From Candidatus Saccharimonadota bacterium (GTDB lineage: Bacteria > Patescibacteriota > Saccharimonadia > Saccharimonadales > Saccharimonadaceae): 32,000 nt of DNA. The translations under genes and the position numbers were made by a program. Below, one piece after another: positions 13,129 to 23,343 of the stretch (positions are counted from its first letter, which is position 1; every line of letters starts with the position of its first letter). The notes under the pieces are model-generated. The model was not told the DNA's origin and made no database searches. It worked only from the letters and a program-made list of their open reading frames with translations. Location of the stretch: contig CP060232.1 in the NCBI GenBank assembly GCA_023898645.1, forward strand, positions 450,001-482,000, read 5' to 3'.

Positions 13129-15573
13129 ATGAAAGTTAGTCTAAATACAGTAAAGCAATACACGACTGTCGACTTACCGATCGATGAGCTAGTGACGCGT
13201 ATCAACGAGCAGCTAGGCGGCGTAGAAGAGATTATAGATATTGCGGAAAAGTATCGCGGAATAACTATCGTACGAGTAGTCGAATGCGGGCCACTTGAAG
13301 GTACGGATCATCTGAACGTGACGAAAGTTGATGACGGCGGCGTGGTCGAGGGCGTGGAACGAGATGCGAATGGTTTGGTGCAGGTTGTGTGCGGAGCGCC
13401 AAATGTGCGTGCGGGAATGCTGGCCGTATGGTTAGCGCCGGGTGTAACGGTTCCCGAGTCGTATGATGAAGCTGAGCCGTTCGTACTTGGTGCCAAGCCT
13501 CTTCGTAGCGTGATGAGTAATGGCATGTTGGCAAGTCCAAAAGAACTTTCTTTTGGTGATTCGCATGAAGGTATTCTCGAAATTGATCCAAACGAATGGA
13601 AGCCCGGTGGTATTGAAATTAAAGAGGGTACGGATTTTGCGCAGGCTTATGGTCTGAACGATACGGTGATTGATATTGAAAATAAAATGTTTACTCATCG
13701 GCCGGACTGCTTTGGTCAGCTGGGAGTCGCGCGAGAGATTGCGGGTATATTGGGCAAAAAATTCGTAAGTCCAAACTGGTATAAAGATACGGTAGAGTTT
13801 GGTGGCGGCGAAGGATTGAACCTCGAAGTGCAGAACGATGCACCTGACAAGGTTTCGCGCTTTATGGCCGTTGCCATCAAAGACGTGACCGTAAAACCTA
13901 GCCCTGTGTGGCTGCAAGCTGAATTGGTGCGTCTGGGCGCAAAGCCAATCAACAATATTGTCGACGTCACGAATTATGTGATGTTACTCACGGCACAGCC
14001 AATGCACGCTTATGACTATGACAAAGTTGGCAGTAAGCTTGGCGTACGCATGGCGCATGATGGCGAACTGATTGCGCTACTTAATGGTAAAAATGCTGAA
14101 TTGAATTCGTCTGACATTGTCATCACTGACGGCGAAAAAGCTATCGGGATTGGTGGCGTCATGGGCGGTAGCGAGACAGAAGTTTCGGACGACACGAAAA
14201 ATATTATCTTGGAATGTGCCAACTTTGACATGTATACGTTGCGCCGCACGAGTATGCGCCATGGTTTGTTTACTGACGCAGTGACACGGTTTACGAAAGG
14301 CCAGTCACCATTACAAAATCCAGCAGTACTACAACTTGCTATGAAGTCGGTATACGATGTCGCCGGTGGCCAGCAGGCAAGTGATGTTGTCGACGTGAAT
14401 CATGTCGATGGGTCGCGCGATATGCGATCAATTGAAGTTGCATTTATCAACAAGCGCCTGGGGCTGGCTTTGTCTTCAAGTGAAGTAGCTTCACTTTTGG
14501 GCAACGTTGAGTTTACCATTGATGCAAGTGCCGAAGACCGCTTGAGTTATGACGTACCGTTTTGGCGTACCGACATAGAGATCTCCGAGGACGTCGTAGA
14601 AGAAGTTGGGCGTTTATTTGGTTTTGATAAATTGCCGCAGGAATTGCCACGTCGCACACTTACGCCTGCGCCGGTCAGCCCGCGACAAGTACTCAAGGCG
14701 AAGCTTCGCGATACGTTGAGCCGCGCTGGTGCCAACGAAGTTTTGACATATAGTTTTATACACAAGAATTTATTAGAAAAGGCTGGCCAAGACATTGAAG
14801 ATACGTATAAGTTATCAAATGCTCTTAGTCCCGATTTGCAATACTTGCGCCGGACTGTCCTTCCGAGTTTGCTTGACAAGGTCAACATGAATGTTCGTGC
14901 AGGCTATGATAAGTTTGCGATTTTCGAGATTGGTAAGGGCCACAAAAAGTCGGCCGGTCGCGATGATCAAGGCGTGCCTGTTGAGCAGCAGTACGTTGCT
15001 ATGGTGCTTGCAGGCGGTGATTTTTATCAGGCAAAGGCGTTTACTGAATTTATAGCCAAGTCACTTGCCGTGCAGTTTGAATATGTATCGGTTAAGCAGA
15101 GTGAAATCTTTGAACCAAAAAGAAGCGCTCATATATATGTTGGTGAAAAAGTTGTTGGTGTGATTGGCGAATACCGTGCGTTAATAAAGAAGAACTTTAA
15201 ATTGCCAGATGTTGCTAGCGGAGTTGAGATTGATTTTGATGGACTGCTTAACGCCACGAAAAATGCAAAAGAAAGTTATCGACCACTTAGTAAATTCCCA
15301 AGTGCTGAACGTGACGTGACTCTTCAAGTTTCGCGAGATAGTTCGTTCACCGACGTAGAGGGCGCGGTTATCGAAAGCCTATCCTCGACAGGCCTAGATG
15401 TGCTCGTTTCACCCTTGGGAATTTACCAGCCAGACGAGGGCGACACAAAGAACGTTACATTACGGTTGAAGCTAACCTCGTACGAAAAGACAATGACTGG
15501 CGATGAAGTCGCGGTCATTATGAGAGCGTTAGAGCAACATGTTTCGTCCAAAATCAATGCTTCTATCATATAG
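13129..15573 (+). CDS. pheT: Phenylalanine--tRNA ligase beta subunit
   Basis: 814 aa. The ATG directly abuts the pheS TAA. It has an N-terminal tRNA-binding (OB) region, B3/4 and B5 regions, and a C-terminal anticodon-binding-like domain (FPSAERDVT). Confidence 0.95.
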   Translation: MKVSLNTVKQYTTVDLPIDELVTRINEQLGGVEEIIDIAEKYRGITIVRVVECGPLEGTDHLNVTKVDDGGVVEGVERDANGLVQVVCGAPNVRAGMLAVWLAPGVTVPESYDEAEPFVLGAKPLRSVMSNGMLASPKELSFGDSHEGILEIDPNEWKPGGIEIKEGTDFAQAYGLNDTVIDIENKMFTHRPDCFGQLGVAREIAGILGKKFVSPNWYKDTVEFGGGEGLNLEVQNDAPDKVSRFMAVAIKDVTVKPSPVWLQAELVRLGAKPINNIVDVTNYVMLLTAQPMHAYDYDKVGSKLGVRMAHDGELIALLNGKNAELNSSDIVITDGEKAIGIGGVMGGSETEVSDDTKNIILECANFDMYTLRRTSMRHGLFTDAVTRFTKGQSPLQNPAVLQLAMKSVYDVAGGQQASDVVDVNHVDGSRDMRSIEVAFINKRLGLALSSSEVASLLGNVEFTIDASAEDRLSYDVPFWRTDIEISEDVVEEVGRLFGFDKLPQELPRRTLTPAPVSPRQVLKAKLRDTLSRAGANEVLTYSFIHKNLLEKAGQDIEDTYKLSNALSPDLQYLRRTVLPSLLDKVNMNVRAGYDKFAIFEIGKGHKKSAGRDDQGVPVEQQYVAMVLAGGDFYQAKAFTEFIAKSLAVQFEYVSVKQSEIFEPKRSAHIYVGEKVVGVIGEYRALIKKNFKLPDVASGVEIDFDGLLNATKNAKESYRPLSKFPSAERDVTLQVSRDSSFTDVEGAVIESLSSTGLDVLVSPLGIYQPDEGDTKNVTLRLKLTSYEKTMTGDEVAVIMRALEQHVSSKINASII

Positions 15574-15656
15574 ATGCAGTACGTATAGATTTAATTTGTA
15601 GACTTTAAAATACCGTCTGGCATCTGACGACCATTTCGTATAGAATAGGCATTAGC

Positions 15657-16640
15657 ATGAAGAAACGGGGTAAGTCTTTTTGGAATCCAATTCGCGTAGC
15701 GATCTGTGTCGTGCTTTTGTTTGTTGCGGTCGGGGTGGCTCTTTGGGCGTACTTGCAGGGTAAAAATGTTGCCGTGCTAGATCCGCAAGGTGTCGTAGCG
15801 GCACACGAAAAAAGCCTCATGATCTTTACTCTTTTATTAAGTTTAGTGGTTGTCGTACCTGTATTTACTATGCTGTTTACAATCGCCTGGCGTTACCGCG
15901 AAGGCAACCCAAAAAAGGTAAAGTACACACCCGACGTTGACGGAAGTCGCTGGATGGAAACGCTCTGGTGGGGCGTCCCAATCGTTATCATCGGTATATT
16001 ATGCGTGGTGACATGGGTTAGTACGCATCAACTCGATCCTTACCGAGCTCTTGACTCCAAGGTTAAGCCATTTCGCGTACAAGTCGTCGCACTGCAGTGG
16101 AAGTGGTTATTTATCTATCCTGATTATCACGTAGCGTCGCTCAACCAACTTAAGATTCCTGCTAAAACACCTGTGAATTTTGAGATTACTGCAGACGGTC
16201 CTATGAGCGCATTTTGGGTGCCAAATCTTGGTACTCAGACATATGCTATGACAGGCATGTCTGCGCAGCTCAGCCTCATGGCCGATCATGCGGGCACGTA
16301 CCGTGGCAGCAATAGCAATATTAGCGGCACGGGGTATGCGGACATGACTTTTGACGTACAGGCCTTGCCAACACGACAGGCGTTCTATGAATGGGCAAAG
16401 TCGATTGCTAACGATCAGTGTCGTGAACACCTGGCCTGGGATGAATATGAACAATTAGCAAAGCCGAGTATAGTGAATCATGCTGTTTATTATCACCTCC
16501 ACGATGACAAGCTGTATACTGATGTGGTGAACAAATACATGATGACCGGTATGGATATGAATCGTATGAACATGAGTCACTCAGATGATCATGGCGGTGA
16601 TGATGATGTTGATGGAGGTAGTCAATGTGGGGTAGGTTAG
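15657..16640 (+). CDS. cyoA: Cytochrome o (bo3) ubiquinol oxidase subunit II
   Basis: 327 aa with two N-terminal TM helices and a cupredoxin fold lacking CuA Cys/His ligands (quinol-oxidase type). [27 protein letters not shown] is homologous to E. coli CyoA [27 protein letters not shown]. Confidence 0.9.
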   Translation: MKKRGKSFWNPIRVAICVVLLFVAVGVALWAYLQGKNVAVLDPQGVVAAHEKSLMIFTLLLSLVVVVPVFTMLFTIAWRYREGNPKKVKYTPDVDGSRWMETLWWGVPIVIIGILCVVTWVSTHQLDPYRALDSKVKPFRVQVVALQWKWLFIYPDYHVASLNQLKIPAKTPVNFEITADGPMSAFWVPNLGTQTYAMTGMSAQLSLMADHAGTYRGSNSNISGTGYADMTFDVQALPTRQAFYEWAKSIANDQCREHLAWDEYEQLAKPSIVNHAVYYHLHDDKLYTDVVNKYMMTGMDMNRMNMSHSDDHGGDDDVDGGSQCGVG

Positions 16641-18586
16641 GTCTTGACGCAATTCAGACCAATCCGGTTACATTGGGTGCTGTCGTTGGCGCTCTTGTCG
16701 GAGTATTGGCTGTTGTAGTCGGGCTGACATACTTCAAAAAATGGAGCTGGCTATGGCGCGAATGGTTGACATCTCTTGATCCTAAGAAAATTGGTGTCAT
16801 GTATATCGTCGTGGCGTTTATCATGTTGCTGCGAGGTTTGGCAGATGCGGCTATGCTACGAGCGCAACAGGCTGTTTTTGCGACTGGCCCGCATAGTCCG
16901 ATTTCTCCTGATATGTTTCAACAGGTCTTTACGGCACATGGTACGATTATGATCTTTTTCGTAGCCATGGGTATTATATTCGGAATTATCAATTTGATTA
17001 TGCCTCTCCAGATTGGAGCACGCGACGTCGCATTCCCCCTATTAAACGCCATTAGTTTTTGGTTGTTCGCAGCTGGCATGGTTCTCATAAACGTGAGCTT
17101 GGGGCTAGGTGAGTTTGCTGCTGCCGGATGGTTGGCGTACCCGCCACTTTCAGAACTGGCATACAGTCCGGGGACGGGGATTGATTATTGGATATGGAGC
17201 TTACAGATAGCCGGCATAGGTAGCTTACTCTCAGGTGTGAATTTCCTGGTTACGATCTTTACTATGCGCAGGCCCGGCATGACACTTATGAAAATGCCTG
17301 TATTCGTGTGGTCAGTAGTCGGTAGTTTATTGCTCGTTGCATTTGCGTTCCCCATACTCACGGCAACACTTGCCATGCTGGCACTTGATCGCACGCTCGG
17401 CATGCACTTCTTTACCGCCGACATGGGGGGCAATCCAATGATGTATATCAATTTAATTTGGGCTTGGGGGCACCCCGAGGTATACATTCTTGTTTTACCG
17501 GCGTTTGGTATATTTTCTGAAATCGTTCCCGTGTTTAGTCGCAAGAAGCTATTTGGTTATAAGAGCATGGTTTGGGCTATTATCGCCATTATGCTGCTGT
17601 CGTTTACTGTTTGGCTGCACCATTTCTTTACTATGGGCGCGGGCGCCGATGTTAATGCGTTCTTTGGCATTATGACCATGGTGATTGCCATACCTACGGG
17701 GGTTAAGGTCTTTAACTGGATATTTACTATGTATCGTGGTCGAGTGAGCTTTACTACACCAATGCTATGGTTCATGGGATTTGTAACGACATTTACACTT
17801 GGGGGCGTGACTGGGGTTCTCATGGCGGTACCCGGTATTGATTTTCAGGTCCACAACAGCCTGTTTTTGGTGGCCCACTTCCACAATATGATTATTGGCG
17901 GAGTTGTCTTCGGCGCCTTTGCAGGATTTGCCTACTGGTTCCCGAAGTTTACAGGTTTTCGTTTGCACGAAGGCCTAGGAAAAATTGCCTTTTGGTGCTG
18001 GCTAATCGGTTTCCTTGTCGCGTTTATACCACTTTATATTCTTGGCTTTATGGGTGCCGTACGACGACTTGATCATTACGATCCGAGTCTTGGGTGGCAG
18101 GGGCTGTTCATCGTTGCCGGCGTCGGTGTGATGATTATTCTAATCGGTGTGCTCTTCCAGGTGCTTCAACTCGCCTACAGTATATGGAAGCGAAAGGAGC
18201 TTGCTGTCGGTCCTGATCCATGGGATGCTCGCACGCTTGAGTGGTCTACATCTACGCCAATTCCTGAGTACAACTTCGCTACGCTCGATGCGGTACACAC
18301 TCGTGACGCCTTTTGGACTATGAAGCATTCACACAAGGAAAAGAAGTCGGTAAAGTATGAGCCGATTCACGTACCAAAAAACACTGGTTTTGGCGTGTAT
18401 ATCGGTGCCATCGCATTCGTCATTGGCTTTGCAATTATCTGGCATATTTGGTGGTTGATGGCCGTTGGTTTTATGGCCTTGATCGCAACTGTTGTAGCAT
18501 CGACGCAACGCGAGGATACCGAAAAGACATTTTCCGTACATCAAATTACTGCTACTGAAGCTAAGTTATGGGGTACTGATGTATGA
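16625..18586 (+). CDS. cyoB: Cytochrome o ubiquinol oxidase subunit I
   Basis: 653 aa. The N-terminus [11 protein letters not shown] resembles E. coli MFGKLSLDAV. The heme and CuB ligand motifs [22 protein letters not shown] and [11 protein letters not shown] are all present. It overlaps cyoA by 16 nt. Confidence 0.95.
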   Translation: MWGRLGLDAIQTNPVTLGAVVGALVGVLAVVVGLTYFKKWSWLWREWLTSLDPKKIGVMYIVVAFIMLLRGLADAAMLRAQQAVFATGPHSPISPDMFQQVFTAHGTIMIFFVAMGIIFGIINLIMPLQIGARDVAFPLLNAISFWLFAAGMVLINVSLGLGEFAAAGWLAYPPLSELAYSPGTGIDYWIWSLQIAGIGSLLSGVNFLVTIFTMRRPGMTLMKMPVFVWSVVGSLLLVAFAFPILTATLAMLALDRTLGMHFFTADMGGNPMMYINLIWAWGHPEVYILVLPAFGIFSEIVPVFSRKKLFGYKSMVWAIIAIMLLSFTVWLHHFFTMGAGADVNAFFGIMTMVIAIPTGVKVFNWIFTMYRGRVSFTTPMLWFMGFVTTFTLGGVTGVLMAVPGIDFQVHNSLFLVAHFHNMIIGGVVFGAFAGFAYWFPKFTGFRLHEGLGKIAFWCWLIGFLVAFIPLYILGFMGAVRRLDHYDPSLGWQGLFIVAGVGVMIILIGVLFQVLQLAYSIWKRKELAVGPDPWDARTLEWSTSTPIPEYNFATLDAVHTRDAFWTMKHSHKEKKSVKYEPIHVPKNTGFGVYIGAIAFVIGFAIIWHIWWLMAVGFMALIATVVASTQREDTEKTFSVHQITATEAKLWGTDV

Positions 18587-19167
18587 GTGAGAAAACTGAA
18601 GTAGTCGCACTGCTCAATAGGACGACCGTTGGATTCTGGTTGTATCTCATGACTGACTGTATATTGTTTGCGAGTTTGTTTGCTACATATGTAGTGTTGA
18701 GGGGTGAGACGGCAGGCGGGCCAAGTGGTCACGAAATCTTTGAAATGCCAACGGCGCTCGCTGAGACTATTATTCTGTTGACGAGTAGCTTCACGAGCGG
18801 AATGGCGCTCATAGCTATGAAACAAAAGAATATTCGGCAGTTGTATGTTGCTCTTGCCGCCACGTATCTGCTGGGTGTATCATTCCTGACTATCGAAATA
18901 AGTGAGTTTTCCAAATTTGTGGCCGAAGGGCACGGCTGGCAACAAAGTGCGTTTTTGTCGTCATTCTTTACGCTGGTTGGTACGCATGGACTTCACATAC
19001 TGACTGGACTTATTTGGCTATTGGTATTGGTGACGGTCTTGGCACGCAAAGGCTTGACGGATAAGTTGGTACGACAAATGACGCTCTTTGGTTTGTTTTG
19101 GCACTTCCTTGACTTGGTATGGATATTTATCTTCACGGTTGTATACCTCATAGGAGTTGCTACATGA
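18583..19167 (+). CDS. cyoC: Cytochrome o ubiquinol oxidase subunit III
   Basis: 194 aa, 5 TM helices, ATGA overlap with cyoB. It has heme-copper oxidase subunit III-like helices ([13 protein letters not shown]). Confidence 0.9.
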   Translation: MSEKTEVVALLNRTTVGFWLYLMTDCILFASLFATYVVLRGETAGGPSGHEIFEMPTALAETIILLTSSFTSGMALIAMKQKNIRQLYVALAATYLLGVSFLTIEISEFSKFVAEGHGWQQSAFLSSFFTLVGTHGLHILTGLIWLLVLVTVLARKGLTDKLVRQMTLFGLFWHFLDLVWIFIFTVVYLIGVAT

Positions 19168-19508
19168 GAACTAGATATGTAGCTGGGTATGTACTGTCAC
19201 TCATCCTGACACTCTTGGCTTATGATGCTGTAGTTAATCATTTCACGTATGGTTTTCAGCTATTACTTTTACTTGGTGTGTTGGCTGTAATCCAAGCGGT
19301 TGTGCAGCTGGTGTTCTTCCTTCACATAGATCAAGAAAGCGGTCCGCGATACAAGCTCATTACATTTTTAGTCATGATAGTTATGCTGCTTATCGTAGTG
19401 GTTGGGTCATTCTGGATTATGTACCATCTTAATTACAACATGATGCAATTGTCGCCAGACGCAAAGACGAACTTGATGCTCAACAAGTACGATAAGGGCG
19501 GCTTCTAA
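19164..19508 (+). CDS. cyoD: Cytochrome o ubiquinol oxidase subunit IV
   Basis: The start is set at ATG 19164 (ATGA overlap with the cyoC stop), giving 114 aa with 3 TM helices. YVAGYVLSLILTLLAY resembles E. coli CyoD YMTGFILSIILTVIPF. Confidence 0.85.
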   Translation: MRTRYVAGYVLSLILTLLAYDAVVNHFTYGFQLLLLLGVLAVIQAVVQLVFFLHIDQESGPRYKLITFLVMIVMLLIVVVGSFWIMYHLNYNMMQLSPDAKTNLMLNKYDKGGF

Positions 19509-19546
19509 ATAACTATATCTTCGATGACGTAGGTTGCTGTTTAAGA

Positions 19547-19555
19547 TGATAGAAT
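19547..19555 (+). promoter_or_regulatory. Extended -10 promoter giving a leaderless cyoE mRNA (internal operon promoter)
   Basis: TGaTAGAAT (19547-19555), 7 nt, ATG 19563. No SD. Confidence 0.45.
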
Positions 19556-19562
19556 AGTTATC

Positions 19563-20429
19563 ATGGAACGGCGGACGAAATCTTACCTGCAGTTGATCAA
19601 GCCGGGAATTACTCTTAGCAATAGTATGACAGCGGCCGCTGGGTTTTTTCTTGCAGCTAGTCAGTTTGGGTTTTCGTGGTCGCGATTCGCCGGCACGATA
19701 GGTGGTGTGGCGTTAATTATTGCATCCGCCTGTGTAGTGAATAATATCTATGATCGAAACATTGACGCAAAGATGAGTCGGACGAAGGGCCGTGAAATAG
19801 CGTCTGGGCATATTACACTTCAAATGGCCGCACTCTATGCGATGGCGTTGGGATCATTAGGGCTGTGGTTGCTATATACGTTTACGAATCAAACTACGGT
19901 GCTTCTTGGGTTATTGTCATATTTTTGGTATGTCGTCGTGTATAGTGTCGCCAAACGTACGACACCTTTATCGACAGTTATTGGTGCAGTGTGTGGCGCG
20001 TTACCCCCGATGGCAGGATACGCGGCTTTAGCGGGCAAGATTGACGATACAGCTTGGGTGTTGTTTTGGGTTCTTATGGTTTGGCAGTTGCCACATTTTT
20101 ACGCGATAGCAATTTTCCGAGAAAACGACTATCGTAAAGCTAATTTGCCGGTGTGGTCTGTGTTGCTTGGGGCTGAAAATACCAAGGCTCAGATATTGTT
20201 TTGGGTTGCTGTATTTACAATCGTCGTTGCGCTACCTTCAGTAATTGGGGCGACAGGCAACATATATCTAACTGTTATGCTTGCGCTGAGTGTGTACTGG
20301 TTGGCGCAGGGTGTTTGGTACTATCGACGTGAAAAAACTGATCGATGGGCAAAGCGCATGTTCGGTATCTCACTTGTTGTGCTTTTGACTTTTTGCGCCA
20401 TGATAAGCGTTGGCGGAATCATAGCATAA
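19563..20429 (+). CDS. cyoE: Protoheme IX farnesyltransferase (heme O synthase)
   Basis: 288 aa, UbiA-family polytopic membrane protein with NNIYDRNIDAKMSRT (NxxxDxxxD) and a second Asp-rich region. It sits immediately downstream of cyoABCD. Confidence 0.9.
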   Translation: MERRTKSYLQLIKPGITLSNSMTAAAGFFLAASQFGFSWSRFAGTIGGVALIIASACVVNNIYDRNIDAKMSRTKGREIASGHITLQMAALYAMALGSLGLWLLYTFTNQTTVLLGLLSYFWYVVVYSVAKRTTPLSTVIGAVCGALPPMAGYAALAGKIDDTAWVLFWVLMVWQLPHFYAIAIFRENDYRKANLPVWSVLLGAENTKAQILFWVAVFTIVVALPSVIGATGNIYLTVMLALSVYWLAQGVWYYRREKTDRWAKRMFGISLVVLLTFCAMISVGGIIA

Positions 20430-20448
20430 GTGCTATTATTGAAACAAT

Positions 20449-21636
20449 ATGAAAATTACTATAGTAGGTGGCGGCTTCGGTGGTGTCAAAACAGCACTCG
20501 AACTGTCCAAGAACAAACACAATCGAATCACGCTTATCAGCGATAGGCCTGACTTTCAATATTATCCCGCACTATATGGCACAGCGACTGGCCATAGTCA
20601 TTTAGAATCATGGGTACCGCTTGGCACGATTTTTGCTGGCAAAATGAATGTCGATGTCGTGATTGACAATATTACGTCGCTCGACCCCAAAGTCAAAACC
20701 TTACAAAGCAAAAATGGAAACACGTATCACTACGAACATTTAGTGCTAGCACTTGGGGCAGTTACAACATACTTCGGCATCGAAGGACTTGATCAATACG
20801 CATTCGGTATTAAGTCTGAGGAAGAGATCAAGGAACTGAAACACCATCTGTATCAAGAAATAGCCGAACAACATGAAGTCGAAAAACAATACGTTGTAAT
20901 TGGCGGTGGCCCTACGGGCGTTGAGCTAGCATCGGCACTCGGCTCATACATTACACGCCTTTGCGGACATCATAAAGTTCCGCACGGTCGAATTGGAATT
21001 ACACTTGTAGAGGCGGCTCCTCGTATATTGCCACGGATGCATCCAACGACGAGCAAAAGGGTGGCGGAGCAGCTTCGGGAATTAGGCGTTAAGGTTCAGG
21101 TTAATAAAAAAGTTGAGTCCGCTACTGTTGATGGGTTGGTGGTGAATGGCAAGCCGCTTTCGAGTCATACGATTATATGGACATCCGGTGTCGCTAATAA
21201 TCCATTCTTTGCTGCAAATAGTGAACATTTTGAACTTGCTAAGAACGGCAAGGTTGTGGTTAATGATTATTTGCGAACTAAAGACGGTATCCATGTAATT
21301 GGAGACAACGCCTTTACGCCATATAGCGGTCTTGCGCAGACGGCACTTCATGACGCGCTCTTTGTCAGTCGCAATTTTGCCCGATGGCAGTCTCATAAGT
21401 CGCTAAAGAAATACAAGCCAACAACACCAGTTGTTAGTATTCCTGTAGGTAAGAATTGGGCGGTATTTGAGTGGCATTGGGTTAGGTTCTACGGCTGGCC
21501 GGCGTCGCTTATACGGCAAGCTGCAGATTTTATTGGCTATCATGACATTCTTCCTGTCGGTCAGGCGCTTGGCGCATGGCGTGCGCAGACGGTCATCGAG
21601 GAAGATTACTTTACGCCAACCCCTCAAGAGCAATAG
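20449..21636 (+). CDS. ndh: Type II NADH dehydrogenase (NDH-2) / FAD-dependent pyridine nucleotide-disulfide oxidoreductase
   Basis: 395 aa with two Rossmann GxGxxG motifs (IVGGGFGGV and VIGGGPTGVELA) and GD at VIGDNA. It starts 19 nt after cyoE. TGcTATTAT lies 9 nt upstream of the ATG. Confidence 0.85.
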   Translation: MKITIVGGGFGGVKTALELSKNKHNRITLISDRPDFQYYPALYGTATGHSHLESWVPLGTIFAGKMNVDVVIDNITSLDPKVKTLQSKNGNTYHYEHLVLALGAVTTYFGIEGLDQYAFGIKSEEEIKELKHHLYQEIAEQHEVEKQYVVIGGGPTGVELASALGSYITRLCGHHKVPHGRIGITLVEAAPRILPRMHPTTSKRVAEQLRELGVKVQVNKKVESATVDGLVVNGKPLSSHTIIWTSGVANNPFFAANSEHFELAKNGKVVVNDYLRTKDGIHVIGDNAFTPYSGLAQTALHDALFVSRNFARWQSHKSLKKYKPTTPVVSIPVGKNWAVFEWHWVRFYGWPASLIRQAADFIGYHDILPVGQALGAWRAQTVIEEDYFTPTPQEQ

Positions 21637-21676
21637 GCGTATCTATGAAGGACTACGTGAGCACTTCTGTTTAATT

Positions 21677-21685
21677 TGGTATAAT
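21677..21685 (+). promoter_or_regulatory. Extended -10 promoter candidate for the FKBP gene
   Basis: TGgTATAAT. A ~29-nt leader follows, with SD GAGGGAG before ATG 21715. Confidence 0.45.
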
Positions 21686-21714
21686 GGAGTGAATAGAAAG
21701 AAGAGGGAGTAAAC

Positions 21715-22278
21715 ATGTCTACCACCAAAAGCCAACGAATAGGTATATGGGTCATCGCTGTCGTGCTGACCGTTGGAACTATAGGATCATTTTTTGTTGT
21801 CATTCTCGCCAACAAAAATAACCAAGCAGATCAAGCTGCGCTACAAAAGCAGTACCAGAAGCAATTAGACGATTACAAAAAGTTACAGGAAGAAGCGAAA
21901 AAAGCCAACAAGCCACTGGATGGCTATTCGGCAACACCGTTTGACAAAAACAGCGTCACCAAGTTGAAAGTAGAGACGCTAAAAGAAGGTACGGGCGCAG
22001 TTGTCAAAGCTGATTCGACAATTACGGCAAATTACTTTGGCTGGACATCTGACGGTAGTATCTTTGATAGTACGAATAAAAATGACAAAGTAACGCCAAT
22101 CGACTTTAGCCTAACTGGCGTGATTAAGGGGTGGACGAATGGTTTGACTGGCGCCAAAGTGGGCTCAACAGTCCGTTTGACTATACCTGCCGATCAAGCG
22201 TACGGCAGTAAGGACGATGGCTCGGGTCGACCGGTTGGTCCGCTCATGTTTGTCGTAGAAATCCAAGCATTGAAGTAG
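21715..22278 (+). CDS. Membrane-anchored FKBP-type peptidyl-prolyl cis-trans isomerase
   Basis: 187 aa with an N-terminal TM anchor. The FKBP_C pattern is ITANYFGWTSDGSIFDST...FSLTGVIKGWTNGLTGAKVGSTVRLTIPADQAYG. Confidence 0.9.
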   Translation: MSTTKSQRIGIWVIAVVLTVGTIGSFFVVILANKNNQADQAALQKQYQKQLDDYKKLQEEAKKANKPLDGYSATPFDKNSVTKLKVETLKEGTGAVVKADSTITANYFGWTSDGSIFDSTNKNDKVTPIDFSLTGVIKGWTNGLTGAKVGSTVRLTIPADQAYGSKDDGSGRPVGPLMFVVEIQALK

Positions 22279-22332
22279 TTAATATGCTATACTTAGTATA
22301 GTAAAATATAAATATTAATTAGGGACGAATAT

Positions 22333-23307
22333 ATGGCAGAAGTAATAGACACAATAATGATCGGTGCGGGTCCAAGTTCGCTTGCAGCGGCAGTATATAC
22401 CACTCGCGAAGATATTAAGACTGTCTTGTATGAAAAGGGTGTCATCGGCGGATTAGCTGCGATAACCGACATGGTAGACAATTACCCTGGATTTCCAGAG
22501 GGTATTGAGGGCATGAAGCTAGCTGATCAACTTCAAAAGCAGGCTGAACGGTTTGGTGCAAAAATTGAGTTCGGTCAGGTTGACTCACTCAAGGTTGATG
22601 GCGAAATTAAAAATCTTGTTGTTGATGGTCAGCCGGTACAGGCAAAGACTGTATTGATCGCAACGGGAAGTGATTACAACAAATTGGGTATTCCTGGTGA
22701 ACAGGAACTTTATGGACGCGGCGTGCACTATTGTGCTACTTGTGACGGTGCATTTTACCGTGAGAAACGTTTGGTTGTTGTCGGTGGCGGCAACTCGGCA
22801 GTGCAAGAAGCTATCTTTTTGACTCGCTTTGCGACACACATTGATCTGTTGGTGCGAAGTACCGTAAAGGCAAGTGACGTATTGCAGCAGGATCTGCAGA
22901 AGTGTGTCGATGAAGGTAAAATAACTATTCACTTGGGTGTAACTCCAACTGAAATTGTGGCTGGAGATGATGGCAAGGTTACTCATGTTGCTGCAAAAAA
23001 GAATGAAGAGGACGTCAAATTTGAAACCGATGGTGTATTTATATTCGTAGGTCTAAAGCCAAATACGCAGTTCCTTGAGGGTAGCGGTATTGAGCTAGAT
23101 GAACAGGGGTTGATTAAGACAAATGAACATCTGGAAACGAACTTACCAGGTGTGTTTGCTAGCGGTGATGTGCGTAGCGGGGCGACTATGCAGATTGCAA
23201 GTGCAGTTGGCGAAGGTGCCACGGCGGCACTTTCTATTCGCGAATACCTGGACAACCTACACCACGTGGAAGTTTCATCGGTTACTGAATCACCGGTCGC
23301 TGCTTAG
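22333..23307 (+). CDS. trxB: Thioredoxin-disulfide reductase (low-Mr type)
   Basis: 324 aa with FAD motif GAGPSSLAAAVY, redox-active CATCDG, a second dinucleotide motif GGGNSAVQEA, and GDV near the C-terminus. Confidence 0.92.
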   Translation: MAEVIDTIMIGAGPSSLAAAVYTTREDIKTVLYEKGVIGGLAAITDMVDNYPGFPEGIEGMKLADQLQKQAERFGAKIEFGQVDSLKVDGEIKNLVVDGQPVQAKTVLIATGSDYNKLGIPGEQELYGRGVHYCATCDGAFYREKRLVVVGGGNSAVQEAIFLTRFATHIDLLVRSTVKASDVLQQDLQKCVDEGKITIHLGVTPTEIVAGDDGKVTHVAAKKNEEDVKFETDGVFIFVGLKPNTQFLEGSGIELDEQGLIKTNEHLETNLPGVFASGDVRSGATMQIASAVGEGATAALSIREYLDNLHHVEVSSVTESPVAA

Positions 23308-23313
23308 ACAAAA

Positions 23314-23343
23314 ATAGCTAACAGGCTATAGCTTGTTAGCTAT
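23314..23343. terminator. Hairpin shared by convergent trxB and GDPD genes
   Basis: Perfect 10-bp stem atagctaaca (23314-23323) / tgttagctat (23334-23343). The loop contains the GDPD stop codon. Confidence 0.6.

Noticed and set aside
13265-14262. Several 60-160-aa minus-strand ORFs inside pheT
   Set aside because: They are antisense to a highly conserved essential gene, and their sequences are Arg/Ser/Thr/Pro-rich, as is typical of shadow frames.
16540-16640. The Met/His/Asp-rich C-terminal tail of CyoA ([23 protein letters not shown]), considered as a novel Cu-binding appendage
   Set aside because: As I recall it, E. coli CyoA ends in a comparable Met/His-rich tail (…HEGMEGMDMSHAESAH). The feature is therefore probably ancestral to the family, not novel.
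18584-19167. Alternative genetic code (UGA recoding, as in some candidate-phyla bacteria)
   Set aside because: TGA terminates cyoB (18584-18586) and cyoC (19165-19167) exactly where homologues end. All conserved genes are full length under the standard code.
22288-22302. The small palindrome ctatac-tta-gtatag after the FKBP gene, considered as a terminator
   Set aside because: It is only a 6-bp AT-rich stem without a T-tract, which is too weak to call.
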